DNA from: Octopus bimaculoides
Taxonomy: Eukaryota
DNA: 42,071 bases
Assembly: GCF_001194135.2 (NCBI RefSeq)
Contig: NC_068987.1
Span: 16,903,324-16,945,394 of the forward strand
Direction: 5' to 3'
Position numbers and translations under genes: made by a program. The notes under the pieces are model-generated. The model ran no database searches, was not told where the DNA came from, and was given only the letters and a program-made list of their open reading frames with translations. This document shows, piece by piece, positions 21,800 to 32,950 of the stretch. The stretch's first letter is position 1; every line of letters begins with the position of its first letter.

Positions 21800-22645
21800 A
21801 CTTAAAGTTTCGTGGATGTGAAAGCAGTTTCATCTTTTCATACATCGAAGTAGTTACTTCATTCTATCCATCTTCCAATTCCCTTATCTCCAGTTTTATG
21901 TAGCAGGTCTTTCTTATAATGGAGTAGTGAGAGGCTTTGGTGCTTGACACCAAACCTAAGCTGACTATAAGAGAGGGTTTTAGATAAGTGAATGGCTTGC
22001 ATGCGTACTATATGTCTAAACAATCTCTGCTGCAATTTAACAAGGATACGCTCTATGCCAAGAATGTCGCATCTTCAAGAGCCTGTTTTGGGTAGCATAT
22101 TCTACCACATTATGATGCCAATTGGACGATGGTTGCAGAGATCGAAGGAATCTTGCCATTTAATATAGCACCTGTAGAATGTCCGTTTCACAGTTATATA
22201 GGGAAGACAAACACTATCGCTTGTTACACGTTTGAACATTGTGATCAGATAGATGCCATGATCTCTTCACAGTCTGCGTGATCTCTTAGGACATTGTTTG
22301 GTAGGATGCTTCCCAAGTAGCAGAATTTAGGCCCAGTATTTAGGAGTATTGTCTACCACGATAATAAGACCTTGCTTTAAGTATCCAGGTGCTGGCTGGT
22401 ATAAGACCTTAGACTTTTCCAAGTCTGGAGAGCAGTTTTGCTACAAGATTTAGTAGCATTAGCAAAACAGCCAACTAATATTTGAAGGGCGTGTATCGAG
22501 AGTACGATCAAAGCACAGACGCTCTCTCAGAAGTTGTCCTTTGACTCTACATTTCACTCCGAGGCGTCGTAGATTGTCAGTATTCCGATTTGGTGTAAAC
22601 TGGGTTTGCACACCGTCAATATGACTAAGTATTGTAACTGGGTTG
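21800..22645 (-). mobile_element. Decayed RTE-clade LINE, reverse transcriptase C-terminal region
   Basis: Minus-strand translation across frameshifts gives NLRRLGVKCRVKGQLLRERL, CFANATK, KSKVLYQPAPG, KFCYLGSIL, LYNCET and GIERILVKLQQRLFRHIVRMQAIHLSKTLSYSQLRFGVKHQ. These match RTE/BovB-type RT motifs (NLRRL, VLYQPAPG, FCYLGS, LYGCETW, LRWLGHV.RM). Confidence 0.88.
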
Positions 22646-22659
22646 AGAAGCTGATTGCA

Positions 22660-22757
22660 AACACACTCACCGGTTCGATTTCCACTCGTTTACTTATTTA
22701 CTTTTTTCAGAAAAAATAAATAAGTAAATGAGTGGAAATCGAACCGGTGAGTGTGTT
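22660..22757. repeat. Near-perfect 98-bp palindrome (foldback)
   Basis: AACACACTCACCGGTTCGATTTCCACTC-G-TTTACTTATTTA-C-TTTTTTC-A-GAAAAAA-TAAATAAGTAAA-T-GAGTGGAAATCGAACCGGTGAGTGTGTT. It has one G-T pair, one bulged C and a 1-nt centre. Confidence 0.97.
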
Positions 22758-23355
22758 AATTAATAAGGCATTCAAACAGAATGACTCTCCCCAGACACAA
22801 TAATACACCCACACCCACCCACACACACACACGCATACATATATGAAGACACTGCATCTTCTGCATTCAACGTTCGCAAAAAAGATCTATAGATATACAC
22901 CGTAATACATTTTAACACTGAAACATTAACAAGCAGTAAATATATCAATAATTATCGATATTTATAGTTTCTACATAGACTCTGCAGATGGCGAATAACT
23001 TAAAATATTTAAAATATTATCTCCGATGATTTAATAGTGCAAATTCGACCTACCTTATTTTTGCCACGGGGGATTTGAAATGATTGTACAGGAAAGGCAT
23101 TCAATACAATTGATTATTTCGAAGCGTGGCATACAGGGAATAGTAAAATATTGGGCTTCTGGCCAATATGTTAATATAGATAGATAATCTGGATAATTGC
23201 AGATTGCCATTTAAGCAAAGTGCATGCGTACCTCAACTTACGTCGCTTGAAATGAACTCAAATCAGTTTTAATAATTGCTTGCACATATTTTGATATGTA
23301 TTTTATTTGTATGATACAAATACGATTATATTTTTTCGAAAGCAAAATTGTCGTT

Positions 23356-23454
23356 AGAACAGCAGAAATACTAGGTAACTTACCCTTACATGGCTGGTTG
23401 TTGACAAATTTTTCTGCTTTGTAAGAGTAATTTACCCAGTATTTCTGCCGTTCT
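23356..23454. repeat. 35-bp inverted repeat with 29-nt spacer (hairpin / mini-MITE)
   Basis: Arms 23356-23390 and 23420-23454 are complementary at 31 of 35 positions. Confidence 0.93.
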
Positions 23455-23601
23455 TTCGAAAACATATCAACTTCTTATCGTACAATACACATTTCGAGGT
23501 TCCTAATTAAAAAAAAATAACAAATATTTGTTTACATTTATACACACATGGTTATTTCATTTGATTTTCCACTTCAGTAGAGGTGTGTTAGTTTATAAGT
23601 C

Positions 23602-23632
<31 letters not shown>

Positions 23633-24027
23633 TGCTTTTTAATACGTTCGCTGGAACTAACATAAATCGACTGAAATTGAGGGTAGTTGTTTTTCCATTA
23701 ATTTCTTAAAAAGCGACGTGAATTCGAAAAACACGTAATTCTAAACGTCTTGAGGGTGGTGAGATATGGTTGTAGTTTGAATTCTGTGTACTGAACGAAA
23801 TTTTCATCAGTTTGCAATATCGAATTTAATTCTTTTAACTGTCTTATCGTTCAAATAAATGTCCAGGGCCCACACATTTGTTTACTAATGCCTTGGTTGC
23901 GTGAGTGAGCAACTTATTTTGGAACTACCAGACTTCGAATTCAGTTCCATTGCGCAGCACATTGGGGTAATGTTTTCTACTATGCACCCCGGCCAATCAC
24001 TGCTTGCTTTTGAGTGAAACTGTATAA

Positions 24028-24180
24028 TTGATTCCAAATTATGGCACAAGAAAAGCAATTTTTTAGGTCTAGAGTAAGTTGATTACATCGATCTCAGTGT
24101 TTAAGTGGTACTTCTTTTATCGTTAACGGGGCACTTCTTTTATCGTCAACGAAAATGATGAAAGGCAGATTCGAACTCGG
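24028..24180 (-). mobile_element. SINE family E, partial, with internal 19-bp duplication
   Basis: AAGTTGATTACATCGATCTCAGTG. ACTTCTTTTATCGT(T/C)AACG occurs at 24110-24128 and 24133-24151. Confidence 0.75.
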
Positions 24181-24392
24181 CCTTTCCACTATCTACACAA
24201 GGCATGAACTATTGGGTGAGGGACTAGTCAATTACGTCGACCCAAGTGCTCAAAGAATACATATTTTATACACCCCGGAAAAAATAAGGAAAAAGTTGAC
24301 CTTGGCGGAATTTGAAATCACAACGTAAAGATGGACGAAACGCCGCTAAGTATTTGCCCGGCGCGCTAGATATTCTGTCAGCTTGCCGCCTT
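24181..24392 (-). mobile_element. SINE family E
   Basis: ACTAGTCAATTACGTCGACCC...GGAATTTGAAATCACAAC...CAGCTTGCCGCCTT. Confidence 0.88.
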
Positions 24393-24432
24393 AACAACAA
24401 CAACAACAACAACAACAATAATAACAATAATG

Positions 24433-24463
<31 letters not shown>

Positions 24464-24464
<1 letters not shown>

Positions 24465-24678
24465 CCTTTCTACTAAAGGCCTTAAATTTCTGGGGAGAGG
24501 ACTAGTCGATTACATTGACCTCCACTCTCAGTGTTTCATTTGTACTTAATCGATCGATCTCGAAAGGATGAAAGGCAAACTGGATCTCGGTGGAATTTGA
24601 ACTCAACACGTAAACACGGACGAAAATGCCGCCAAGCGTTTTGCCCGGCGCGATAACGTTCTTTCAGCTCGCCACCTT
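24464..24678 (-). mobile_element. SINE family E with (AAT)n/(AAC)n tail at 24393-24463
   Basis: ACTAGTCGATTACATTGACC...GGAATTTGAACTCAAC...CAGCTCGCCACCTT. Followed by an (AAT)(AAC)(GAT) array at 24680-24837. Confidence 0.88.
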
Positions 24679-24732
24679 CATAATAATAATAATAACAACA
24701 ACAACAACAACAACAACAGCAACAACAACAAC

Positions 24733-24767
<35 letters not shown>

Positions 24768-25175
24768 TGATAATGATAATAATAATAATGGTGATGATGA
24801 TGATGATGATGATAATGACGATGATGATGATGATGATCCTAGTATGCTAGAAATAAGTTCAAATTTATAAAAAAATTTGATTAGTACAATGAATATAGCG
24901 TGTTGATAAACTGAAACAAATAGAAGATAAATGATAGCACGATAACCGTTACAAAAAGAAACACCATTAACGTTGACAATCCTTGCCAGGAAAGGCAACT
25001 GAAATTACTCCAACATCAAATTTGGTGATTGGAAAAAAAATACTATAGCCTTATAATGAGAAATGAACCTGATATTTAGTAAAGAGTGTTACAACTTCGG
25101 ACATGCTTCGCTGGTATTAGAATTCGTTAGCGAGATCGAGCGGGTATAAAGTCATTGAATTTTAAGCTGAATATC

Positions 25176-25392
25176 CTTTTCTACTCTAGGCAAAAGGCCC
25201 GATATTTTTGGGAAGGCGGGATCAGTCGATTAGTTCGACCCCAGTACGCAACTGGTGCTTAATTCATCGACCCTGAAAGGATGAAAGGCAAAGTCGCCCT
25301 TGTAAGAATTTGAACTCAGAACGTAAAGACAGACAAAATACTGCTAAGCATTTCGCCCAGCGTGCTAACGTTTCTGCCAGCTCGCAGCATTT
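25176..25392 (-). mobile_element. SINE family E with 13-bp TSD
   Basis: Family E core and head. TAAGCTGAATATC occurs at 25163-25175 and 25398-25410. Confidence 0.92.
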
Positions 25393-26663
25393 AACTGTAA
25401 GCTGAATATCAACTGACCAGCTTCACCGTGTAGTAGAAGCCAATAGAAATTTTGGATAGCAAGCATCATTGTTGGATAATTAAGTTTGGATATCATTTCT
25501 TTAGTTTGTTTGAAGGAATAGTTGTGGAACTAATGTTTTCATTCAAAATTTATCTTATTTAGCCTTACTAGAAGAGCCTGTAGAGCATCAAGCTTCTCTA
25601 AATATTCAAAAAATTTTGCCATTAAAATGTCAGATAACAAGAAGAGGTTAAAATTAGTTGAAGATTTAATAGCTATAAATTCAAAATGAGAAAAGATAAT
25701 GCTCATCGCTTATAAAATTTCATATTTTCGTGATATAAAAGCAACATGAAAAACAACAAAAATATAAGCAAATTGGAATTTGCTAAGAGATTCAAGCAAA
25801 AAGTGAAATAGCCAGTATCATAACTAGGCTTTAGCGATAAAATTTGATTTAACTTTTATAGGTTTACGCTGATGCCAGCAACAGCGAAGATAGATTAGAA
25901 ATGTTGGTGTCAATGTCCTTCCCCTCATTAAATATATAATAACATACGCTAAGACAAAAATGTGTATGGAAGCGTGGAAACGAAACTGCTATGGAGCGTT
26001 TGACAAGTGAAATCTGCGGGATGATTTCAATAGGAAGTTGAATAATTTATTAGTATGTATTTTTTATAGCTTCAATTTCTAGCCATTGCCTATAGTGCAG
26101 AAAGGAAAGCATCACGACTCACGGCCTTCAGCCAATGTCTGTGACTCATTACAAGATGTTGGTGGGTCTACCCAATGAAGAAATTCACAGAATATTTTGC
26201 TATGGAAGTATGAGCAAATATAAGCGCATATACACAAACACATACACGCATACACACATATACGGATATATATATATATATCCGTATAAGTACATACATT
26301 ANNNNNNNNNNNNNNNNNNNNNNNNNNNNNNNNNNNNNNNNNNNNNNNNNNNNNNNNNNNNNNNNNNNNNNNNNNNNNNNNNNNNNNNNNNNNNNNNNNN
26401 NNNNNNNNNNNNNNNNNNNNNNNNNNNNNNNNNNNNNNNNNNNNNNNNNNNNNNNNNNNNNNNNNNNNNNNNNNNNNNNNNNNNNNNNNNNNNNNNNNNN
26501 NNNNNNNNNNNNNNNNNNNNNNNNNNNNNNNNNNNNNNNNNNNNNNNNNNNNNNNNNNNNNNNNNNNNNNNNNNNNNNNNNNNNNNNNNNNNNNNNNNNN
26601 NNNNNNNNNNNNNNNNNNNNATATATATATATATATATATAAATATATATATTAGTCAATGAT

Positions 26664-26829
26664 ATTCCAACCTCGTCTGATTTTCACGTTTTATCATTTA
26701 TCATTTTTACAATTTTACATTATTATACAATATTATATATTTAATGTGATATCACACATTATTATTATGATGTTGTAAAATTGTAAAAATTGTTAAAGAT
26801 AAAACGTGAAAATCAGACTAAGCTGGAAT
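26664..26829. mobile_element. MITE-like element with nested inverted repeats
   Basis: Perfect 21-bp IR GTCTGATTTTCACGTTTTATC (26675-26695) / 26798-26818. Perfect 16-bp inner IR TTTTTACAATTTTACA (26704-26719) / 26774-26789. Imperfect outer IR ATTCCAACCT / AGCTGGAAT. Confidence 0.85.
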
Positions 26830-27117
26830 TACATTAATATATTCTTCTATACACAATCATACAAACTAGGTTACACATACACACACATACACTCGCACAC
26901 TCACACACACACACATACTCACACGCACATATTCATATATATACACACACATATGCATCTATTATTCGTATATAATATTTACATGACATTACATACATAT
27001 AAAGTTCATACACACATACACATACACAAATTCGTCATAATACTCTGCCATGGATAGAGAATATACGTGGAAAAGAAATGAAATCAATATACTACACATG
27101 CAGAGTCGATATTTCTT

Positions 27118-27269
27118 TTATTAAGAAGGTGATGTCGCACAATGGTACGCTTATTTCAGTACATTTGTCTATCTCTTCAAAGTCCAGACTGAATCAGTTT
27201 GTCGTTTGATGTGATACGCAAATACATTGAAAAAAATTGCAGTACTGAAAGACATCGACTTCTTATTAA
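27118..27269. repeat. Old, degraded palindrome centred at about 27193
   Basis: Outer arms match 16/19 (TTATTAAGAAGGTGATGTC vs GACATCGACTTCTTATTAA). TTTCAGTAC/GTACTGAAA is perfect. Inner arms are imperfect up to ACTGA-A-TCAGT. Confidence 0.6.
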
Positions 27270-27280
27270 TAATGATACTG

Positions 27281-27284
27281 CTAT

Positions 27285-27348
<64 letters not shown>
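27281..27348. repeat. (CTA)n microsatellite
   Basis: Read directly. Explains the poly-Ser and poly-Val ORFs. Confidence 0.97.
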
Positions 27349-27349
<1 letters not shown>

Positions 27350-27623
27350 AATGCAATTGAGTGCAACAGAAATATGATTTAGTTGCTTGGTATTTATGAT
27401 TACAATTCCATTCGTGTTTCCATATTGTTTGACTTCGAAAGCGAACTAAAGTCGTTAGAAAGCATCCTGGCATCAGAACTATATGCAGAGTTTATTTGTT
27501 TAGAGTTTAAATATTAACTTGATTAGACCACTAAAAATAATTACGTATACATATTTCAAGAGAGCTTTTTGTATATAAAATATGTAGTTAAATGCAGGAT
27601 AACACGTGTGATATAGTAATTCG

Positions 27624-27783
27624 GACGGGGCTGTGCGGCTAAGAAGATTGTTTCCCAGATCTTGTGTCCTTGGCTAACTCCCACTGAATGGCACCTTGGG
27701 CAAATGTCTTCTATTAGAGTTATGATCTGAACAAAGAATGGTAACCGGATTTGGTAGACAACGGAAAAAGAATGAAGCCCTTG

Positions 27784-27844
<61 letters not shown>

Positions 27845-28219
27845 CAACTGTCTGCCTGTCTGTCTGTCTGACTGTTTGTCTGTCTGTCTATCTCTCTATC
27901 TGTCTGTTTGTCTATCGATCTATCGATGTCTGCTAGTGTATGTATATCAATGAGTGTTTGTGTGTGTGTTTGTGAGTTCGTGCGTGTGTTTGTGCGTGTA
28001 GGTCTGTCTCTGTGTGTGTATGTGTTTGTGTGTGTGTGTGTATTCGTGTTTATTCCTGACGACCACATGACTACCAGCGTTGGTTTGTTTATTTTTCTCC
28101 TAATTTTACAGTCCGGTAAAAGACACAGATAAAATTAGTACTGACCTCAAAACTCAGCAACGGGCTCGATTTGTTACGCTAAAACCTTCAAGATTGCAGT
28201 CCAATAACTGAAACAAATA
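27624..28219 (+). mobile_element. SINE family C, degraded, with expanded internal (TATC)n(TGTC)n(TG)n
   Basis: GGCACCTTGGGCAAATGTCTTCTA and GATTTGGTAGAC at the 5' side. The 3' end is ACTGAAACAAATA. Confidence 0.78.
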
Positions 28220-28588
28220 TACACTAAAAATATCACAATTTAGGTTAGTTGAAATATGCTTGTCACATTTAAAACTGTAGCTTTATTAAGTTCATTCAGC
28301 GTTGCCTCGCTTAGGTACATCTCACTGACAAATGTCACTGACAAGAGATGGCGAGACTGAACGAACTGGGTGTGTTCACACCTTTTTACCATAAAAGAGA
28401 TTTTTCTCCACGGTAACTGCAGTCTATTTGCCTTTAGCAGTTGAAATGTGTTAAACGAGAGAAAATTTCAATGATTTCGATTAACCAAAATAAATATAGT
28501 TTGGATGCTTGGATATTTGTTTTGGAGCTTCCATGTAACTTTGTCCCCGTCTGGTAATAGAGACGAAGCAAGCATGTAAGCATATCCA

Positions 28589-28591
<3 letters not shown>

Positions 28592-28663
<72 letters not shown>

Positions 28664-28716
28664 GTCTGTCTATCTGTCTGTCTGTTTGTGTGACTGCCTG
28701 TCTGTCTGTCTGCCTA

Positions 28717-28778
<62 letters not shown>

Positions 28779-28870
28779 GATCTATCTATCTGTTTATCTA
28801 CATGTATATGTACATACATGTATGTGTATTTGTGTGTGTGTGTGTGCGTGTATGTGTGTTTGTATGTATA
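28592..28870. repeat. Compound (TATC)n(TGTC)n(TG)n microsatellite
   Basis: Read directly from the sequence. Confidence 0.95.
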
Positions 28871-29909
28871 TATATGGCCATTACATATGTATGTATCTAT
28901 ACATTCATATATGCCAAGTGAAAGTGAATACGTATAGCCTTGAGTGTCTCTGTATAAACACAAAGATATATACAGTCAAACGAAGTATATATATGACATT
29001 ATTCACATCTACTCGCCAACAAACGTATGTACTGAATTGTGAAGATTTAGCATCGGCTCACATTCTGATATATGTTTGCGAGTGTGTACGTCTGCTTATA
29101 AACGGATATGCCAGACTGTAAGCGCGTGTTGATTTTTGCGTGAGTATAAGCGCGTAGTGGAGGTGGTTGTGTTAGTTGTGGTGGTGTGAGTGTGTGTAGC
29201 TAGGTATATATGAACATGCCTGTTTGAATAAAGATAACGTTAATTAGAACAAGGGAATGGTAATAAAGTGAGGCAATGCATCTTCATACCGCAATAACCA
29301 AATAGATTTCCTCGGACGACTTCTAAATTCGTAGACCCTCAAATGCATCTAGATTTAATCGGTACCATAAAATTAGGATGATATCTATCACTTAGTGCCA
29401 GTAGTACATATATATATATTTATATATATATATATNNNNNNNNNNNNNNNNNNNNNNNNNNNNNNNNNNNNNNNNNNNNNNNNNNNNNNNNNNNNNNNNN
29501 NNNNNNNNNNNNNNNNNNNNNNNNNNNNNNNNNNNNNNNNNNNNNNNNNNNNNNNNNNNNNNNNNNNNNNNNNNNNNNNNNNNNNNNNNNNNNNNNNNNN
29601 NNNNNNNNNNNNNNNNNNNNNNNNNNNNNNNNNNNNNNNNNNNNNNNNNNNNNNNNNNNNNNNNNNNNNNNNNNNNNNNNNNNNNNNNNNNNNNNNNNNN
29701 NNNNNNNNNNNNNNNNNNNNNNNNNNNNNNNNNNNNNNNNNNNNNNNNNNNNNNNNNNNNNNNNNNNNNNNNNNNNNNNNNNNNNNNNNNNNNNNNNNNN
29801 NNNNNNNNNNNNNNNNNNNNNNNNNNNNNNNNNNNNNNNNNNNNNNNNNNNNNNNNNNNNNNNNNNNNNNNNNNNNNNNNNNNNNNNNNNNNNNNNNNNN
29901 NNNNNNNNN

Positions 29910-29940
<31 letters not shown>

Positions 29941-30454
29941 AACATATATATGTATATACACACATATTTATATAAATATATATACACGTATATATGTGTG
30001 TGCCTGTAAATATATAGACATATATACATACGAACACACACAAACACATATGTATAAATCCTTTAATCGTTTCCAGTCAGCTGTTATTATGAGGTTGAAT
30101 TATAGAGTTTCAGTAATAATACTGAATTATGTTAGGTATTGTATCCGCTGATGACGAGGTAACCGCTGAATCTCCTGCGATGCTCATGAGATTCCAGATG
30201 AAATTCTGTTGTTTGTTCATCCAGGAAAAGAGGCTTAGACACGTTACTTTGAGAGATTTGATAAGAGCTCACTTTCTGTAATCGGTGGTCACATAGTAAG
30301 CGTTGTGTGTAACCTAGTCCACATCATATCTCATACACACATGCGTGTATGTATGTATGTATGTATGTATGTATGTATGTATGTATGTATGTATGTATGT
30401 ATGTATGAATGTATGTATGTATGTATGTATGTACGTATGTATGTTTATATATAT

Positions 30455-30851
30455 ATTCTTCTATTCTTTTACTTGTTTCAATCATTTGACTGCGACCATG
30501 ATGGAGCACCACCTTCAGTCGAACAAATCGAATTCTTTGTATGCCTAGTACGTATTCTATCGGTCTCTTTTGCCGAATAACTATGTTTACGGGGACGTAA
30601 GCATGCTTACATCGGTTGTCAAGCGATGGTGGGGGTAGAAACAGAGACACAGAAATATATACATGCACACGCACACACTCTCACATACGATGAGCTTCTT
30701 TCAGATTCCGTCTACCAAATCTACTTACAAGACTTTGGTCGGGCCGAGGCTATTGTAGATGATACTTGCCCAAGGTGCCACGCGCAGTGTGACTGATTGC
30801 GGAACCATGTTGTTGGGAATCAAGCTTCTTACAACACCACCATGACTGCGC
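30455..30851 (-). mobile_element. SINE family C, near full length
   Basis: TTACTTGTTTCAATCATTTGACTGCGACCATG...ACTTGCCCAAGGTGCCACGC...AAGCTTCTTACAACACCACCATGACTGCGC is the reverse complement of family C. Confidence 0.88.
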
Positions 30852-31017
30852 TTGTATATATATATNNNNNNNNNNNNNNNNNNNNNNNNNNNNNNNNNNN
30901 NNNNNNNNNNNNNNNNNNNNNNNNNNNNNNNNNNNNNNNNNNNNNNNNNNNNNACATATATATACATATGCATATACACCATGTCTGTAGAGCACATCAT
31001 CCTCAACGTTATGATCA

Positions 31018-31070
31018 TTCTTCTTCTTCTTCTTCTTCTTCTTCTTCTTCTTCTTCTTCTTCTTCTTCTT

Positions 31071-31110
<40 letters not shown>

Positions 31111-31131
31111 GTAGTAGTAGTAGTAGTAGTA
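31018..31131. repeat. (TTC)n(ATT)n(AGT)n compound triplet array
   Basis: Read directly from the sequence. Confidence 0.95.
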
Positions 31132-31276
31132 TTGAGTGAGAGAGCAGTGCATGTCATCAAGGTGACACTGGGGTAAAATATACGAAGCCCAGTATACCCA
31201 TCATGAACACTCGTCTGATAAGGGTACACTCGTCTGATAAGGGTACATCGCAACTGTATGTGCGCGAGATGGTGAT
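31132..31276 (-). mobile_element. Probable retroelement 3'-end fragment with a 19-bp tandem duplication
   Basis: Non-simple sequence between an (ATT)/(AGT) tail-like array and (CTA)n. ACACTCGTCTGATAAGGGT occurs at 31207-31225 and 31226-31244. The family call rests on recalled octopus repeats only. Confidence 0.45.
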
Positions 31277-31343
<67 letters not shown>

Positions 31344-32519
31344 GTGTTGTTTTCTATCAACGTTTTTAATGTAGCAGCATGTGAAGTGTCTTCACGTGAC
31401 TTTTTAAAATGTATTTGATTCTTTCGTTTCTGAATAAGAACTACATACTTTTGTACATCATCTGTAGTAGAGAATATGCATGTCTTTAAGCATTTACATA
31501 ATTTAAAACATAGTTGTTGTTTACTCATATTTTAATATGGCTTCTTGGGAACCAACAACAAAAGCTAATAAGACAAAAATCTTGCGAAAAATTAAAAGGA
31601 ATTTCAAATGACGAGTGTACACAGGAAAAAGAATATAATATAAATCGAACCAACGGGAATATTAGTTGTTTTTTATATTTTTGTTAGGAAACAAATAATA
31701 TCGATATTTCCAGTAACGTTTGTAATAAGATCATTTTTAACGGTTTTGTTAGTATTGCTAATCTGAGTGTTGTGATCAATATAGTTAAGTTTCTGGGAAC
31801 GAAAACGAAACCTATATTACGAAAGAGGTAGTAACACACATACAGAAAACGGCAAGAAAGAGATTTCACAAATGGAAAGGGTGTCTATACCGTCTATATA
31901 TCCCCAAATTCGCAGTTACAGGAACCGACATTGGTCACGCTGTTTGCTCTTGCGTTTAAGGCAGACCATACTTGCTTATTTTGACTGCGGAAAGGTTAAC
32001 GCGACAGTCTGATTGGTGAGCCATGCAACTTCCCAGAATCTGGTGTCACAGTGCATAGACTGAATACAACGTGAGTGTTACAACTAAAGCTTTTGGTACA
32101 ACCCTTGAGTCTTGGCTCGCCCGTACTGTCGCAGCACACTACAGGTGATTTCTGATCGCGTAAGTGGCACGAAACAAATATTACACAGGCTGCATTTACA
32201 TGTATATACAAGTCCTGGGGAAGGCCGGGGACCACAAAAAGCATTTCCCGAGGTACACCCCATTATCAGAACCCAAATCTCATGTAGTTGTTTAAATTTT
32301 ATTAGAAACTTCAAATTTAATGGACGTTTCTTCTACTTTAATGAGCCAGAAGAAATAATGTTTAAATGTCATATTTTTGAAGACATAACATTTAAAATAT
32401 TAGAACACGCTTTTTTTAAAAACTGCATTACTTTATTCAATATATTTTTTTCCCGTTAACATTGTAAACAGCTGGAAATTATAAGTCCATATTCAATTGT
32501 AACTATTATGCACACCATG

Positions 32520-32950
32520 ACATGGTCCAGTCCTTGCTACGGCGCGGTGGGTTATGTGCCGCAATAGCCTTGAGAGCAATACCAGCAGAGTGCAGGATCC
32601 TGGTAACGTCTCTCATGCTTGGCAGGTTAAAGAGTGGAGTCCACATGAATATGGGCCACCTCTTCCCAGACGTAAAATGGGTTTTCGTACAACTCTAGTA
32701 AAAATGCTAAACTACAGAACCATCAATGGCAATTCAAAACCAACTGGACCTGGCTTTCTGATGTCTTGCTTGTTGTAATTAACACATCAGATCCTGGCCT
32801 GGAGAGAAATAGGAAAGGCAATCCAGCGTCAAGAATAGAGAAAAGTCGTCGGGAGCAAAGTGCTGAAGTTACAAATAAATTATATACAACATACAACAGC
32901 TTGGCTTTGCACGAGAGCAGTACCACATTTTGTACTTTCACATTAGCAGG
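32520..32950 (+). mobile_element. Probable decayed 5' UTR / ORF start of an RTE-clade LINE
   Basis: ATCCTGGTAACGTCTCTCATGCTTGGCAGGTTAAAGAGTGGAGTCCACATGAA resembles my recollection of RTE/Expander 5' UTRs. The downstream peptide AEVTNKLYTTYNSLALHES...FTLAGR weakly resembles the APE N-terminus. Unverified. Confidence 0.4.

Noticed and set aside
25861-25940. Possible short plus-strand exons (TTTTATAG|GTTTACGCTGATGCC... here; also 30136-30158, and 21370-21456 on minus)
   Set aside because: They are short, each has at most one good splice site, and such matches are expected by chance in 42 kb of AT-rich DNA.
30148-30200. CTGATGA motif as a possible hammerhead ribozyme core (also on the minus strand at 23804-23810)
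   Set aside because: I could not build stem II followed by GAAA, nor stems I and III with a UH cleavage site, at either position.
5817-31418. Low-complexity ORFs (SLSL, IIII, YIYI, VCVC, HTHT, poly-S/V/R/Y)
   Set aside because: They are direct translations of di-, tri- and tetranucleotide microsatellites.
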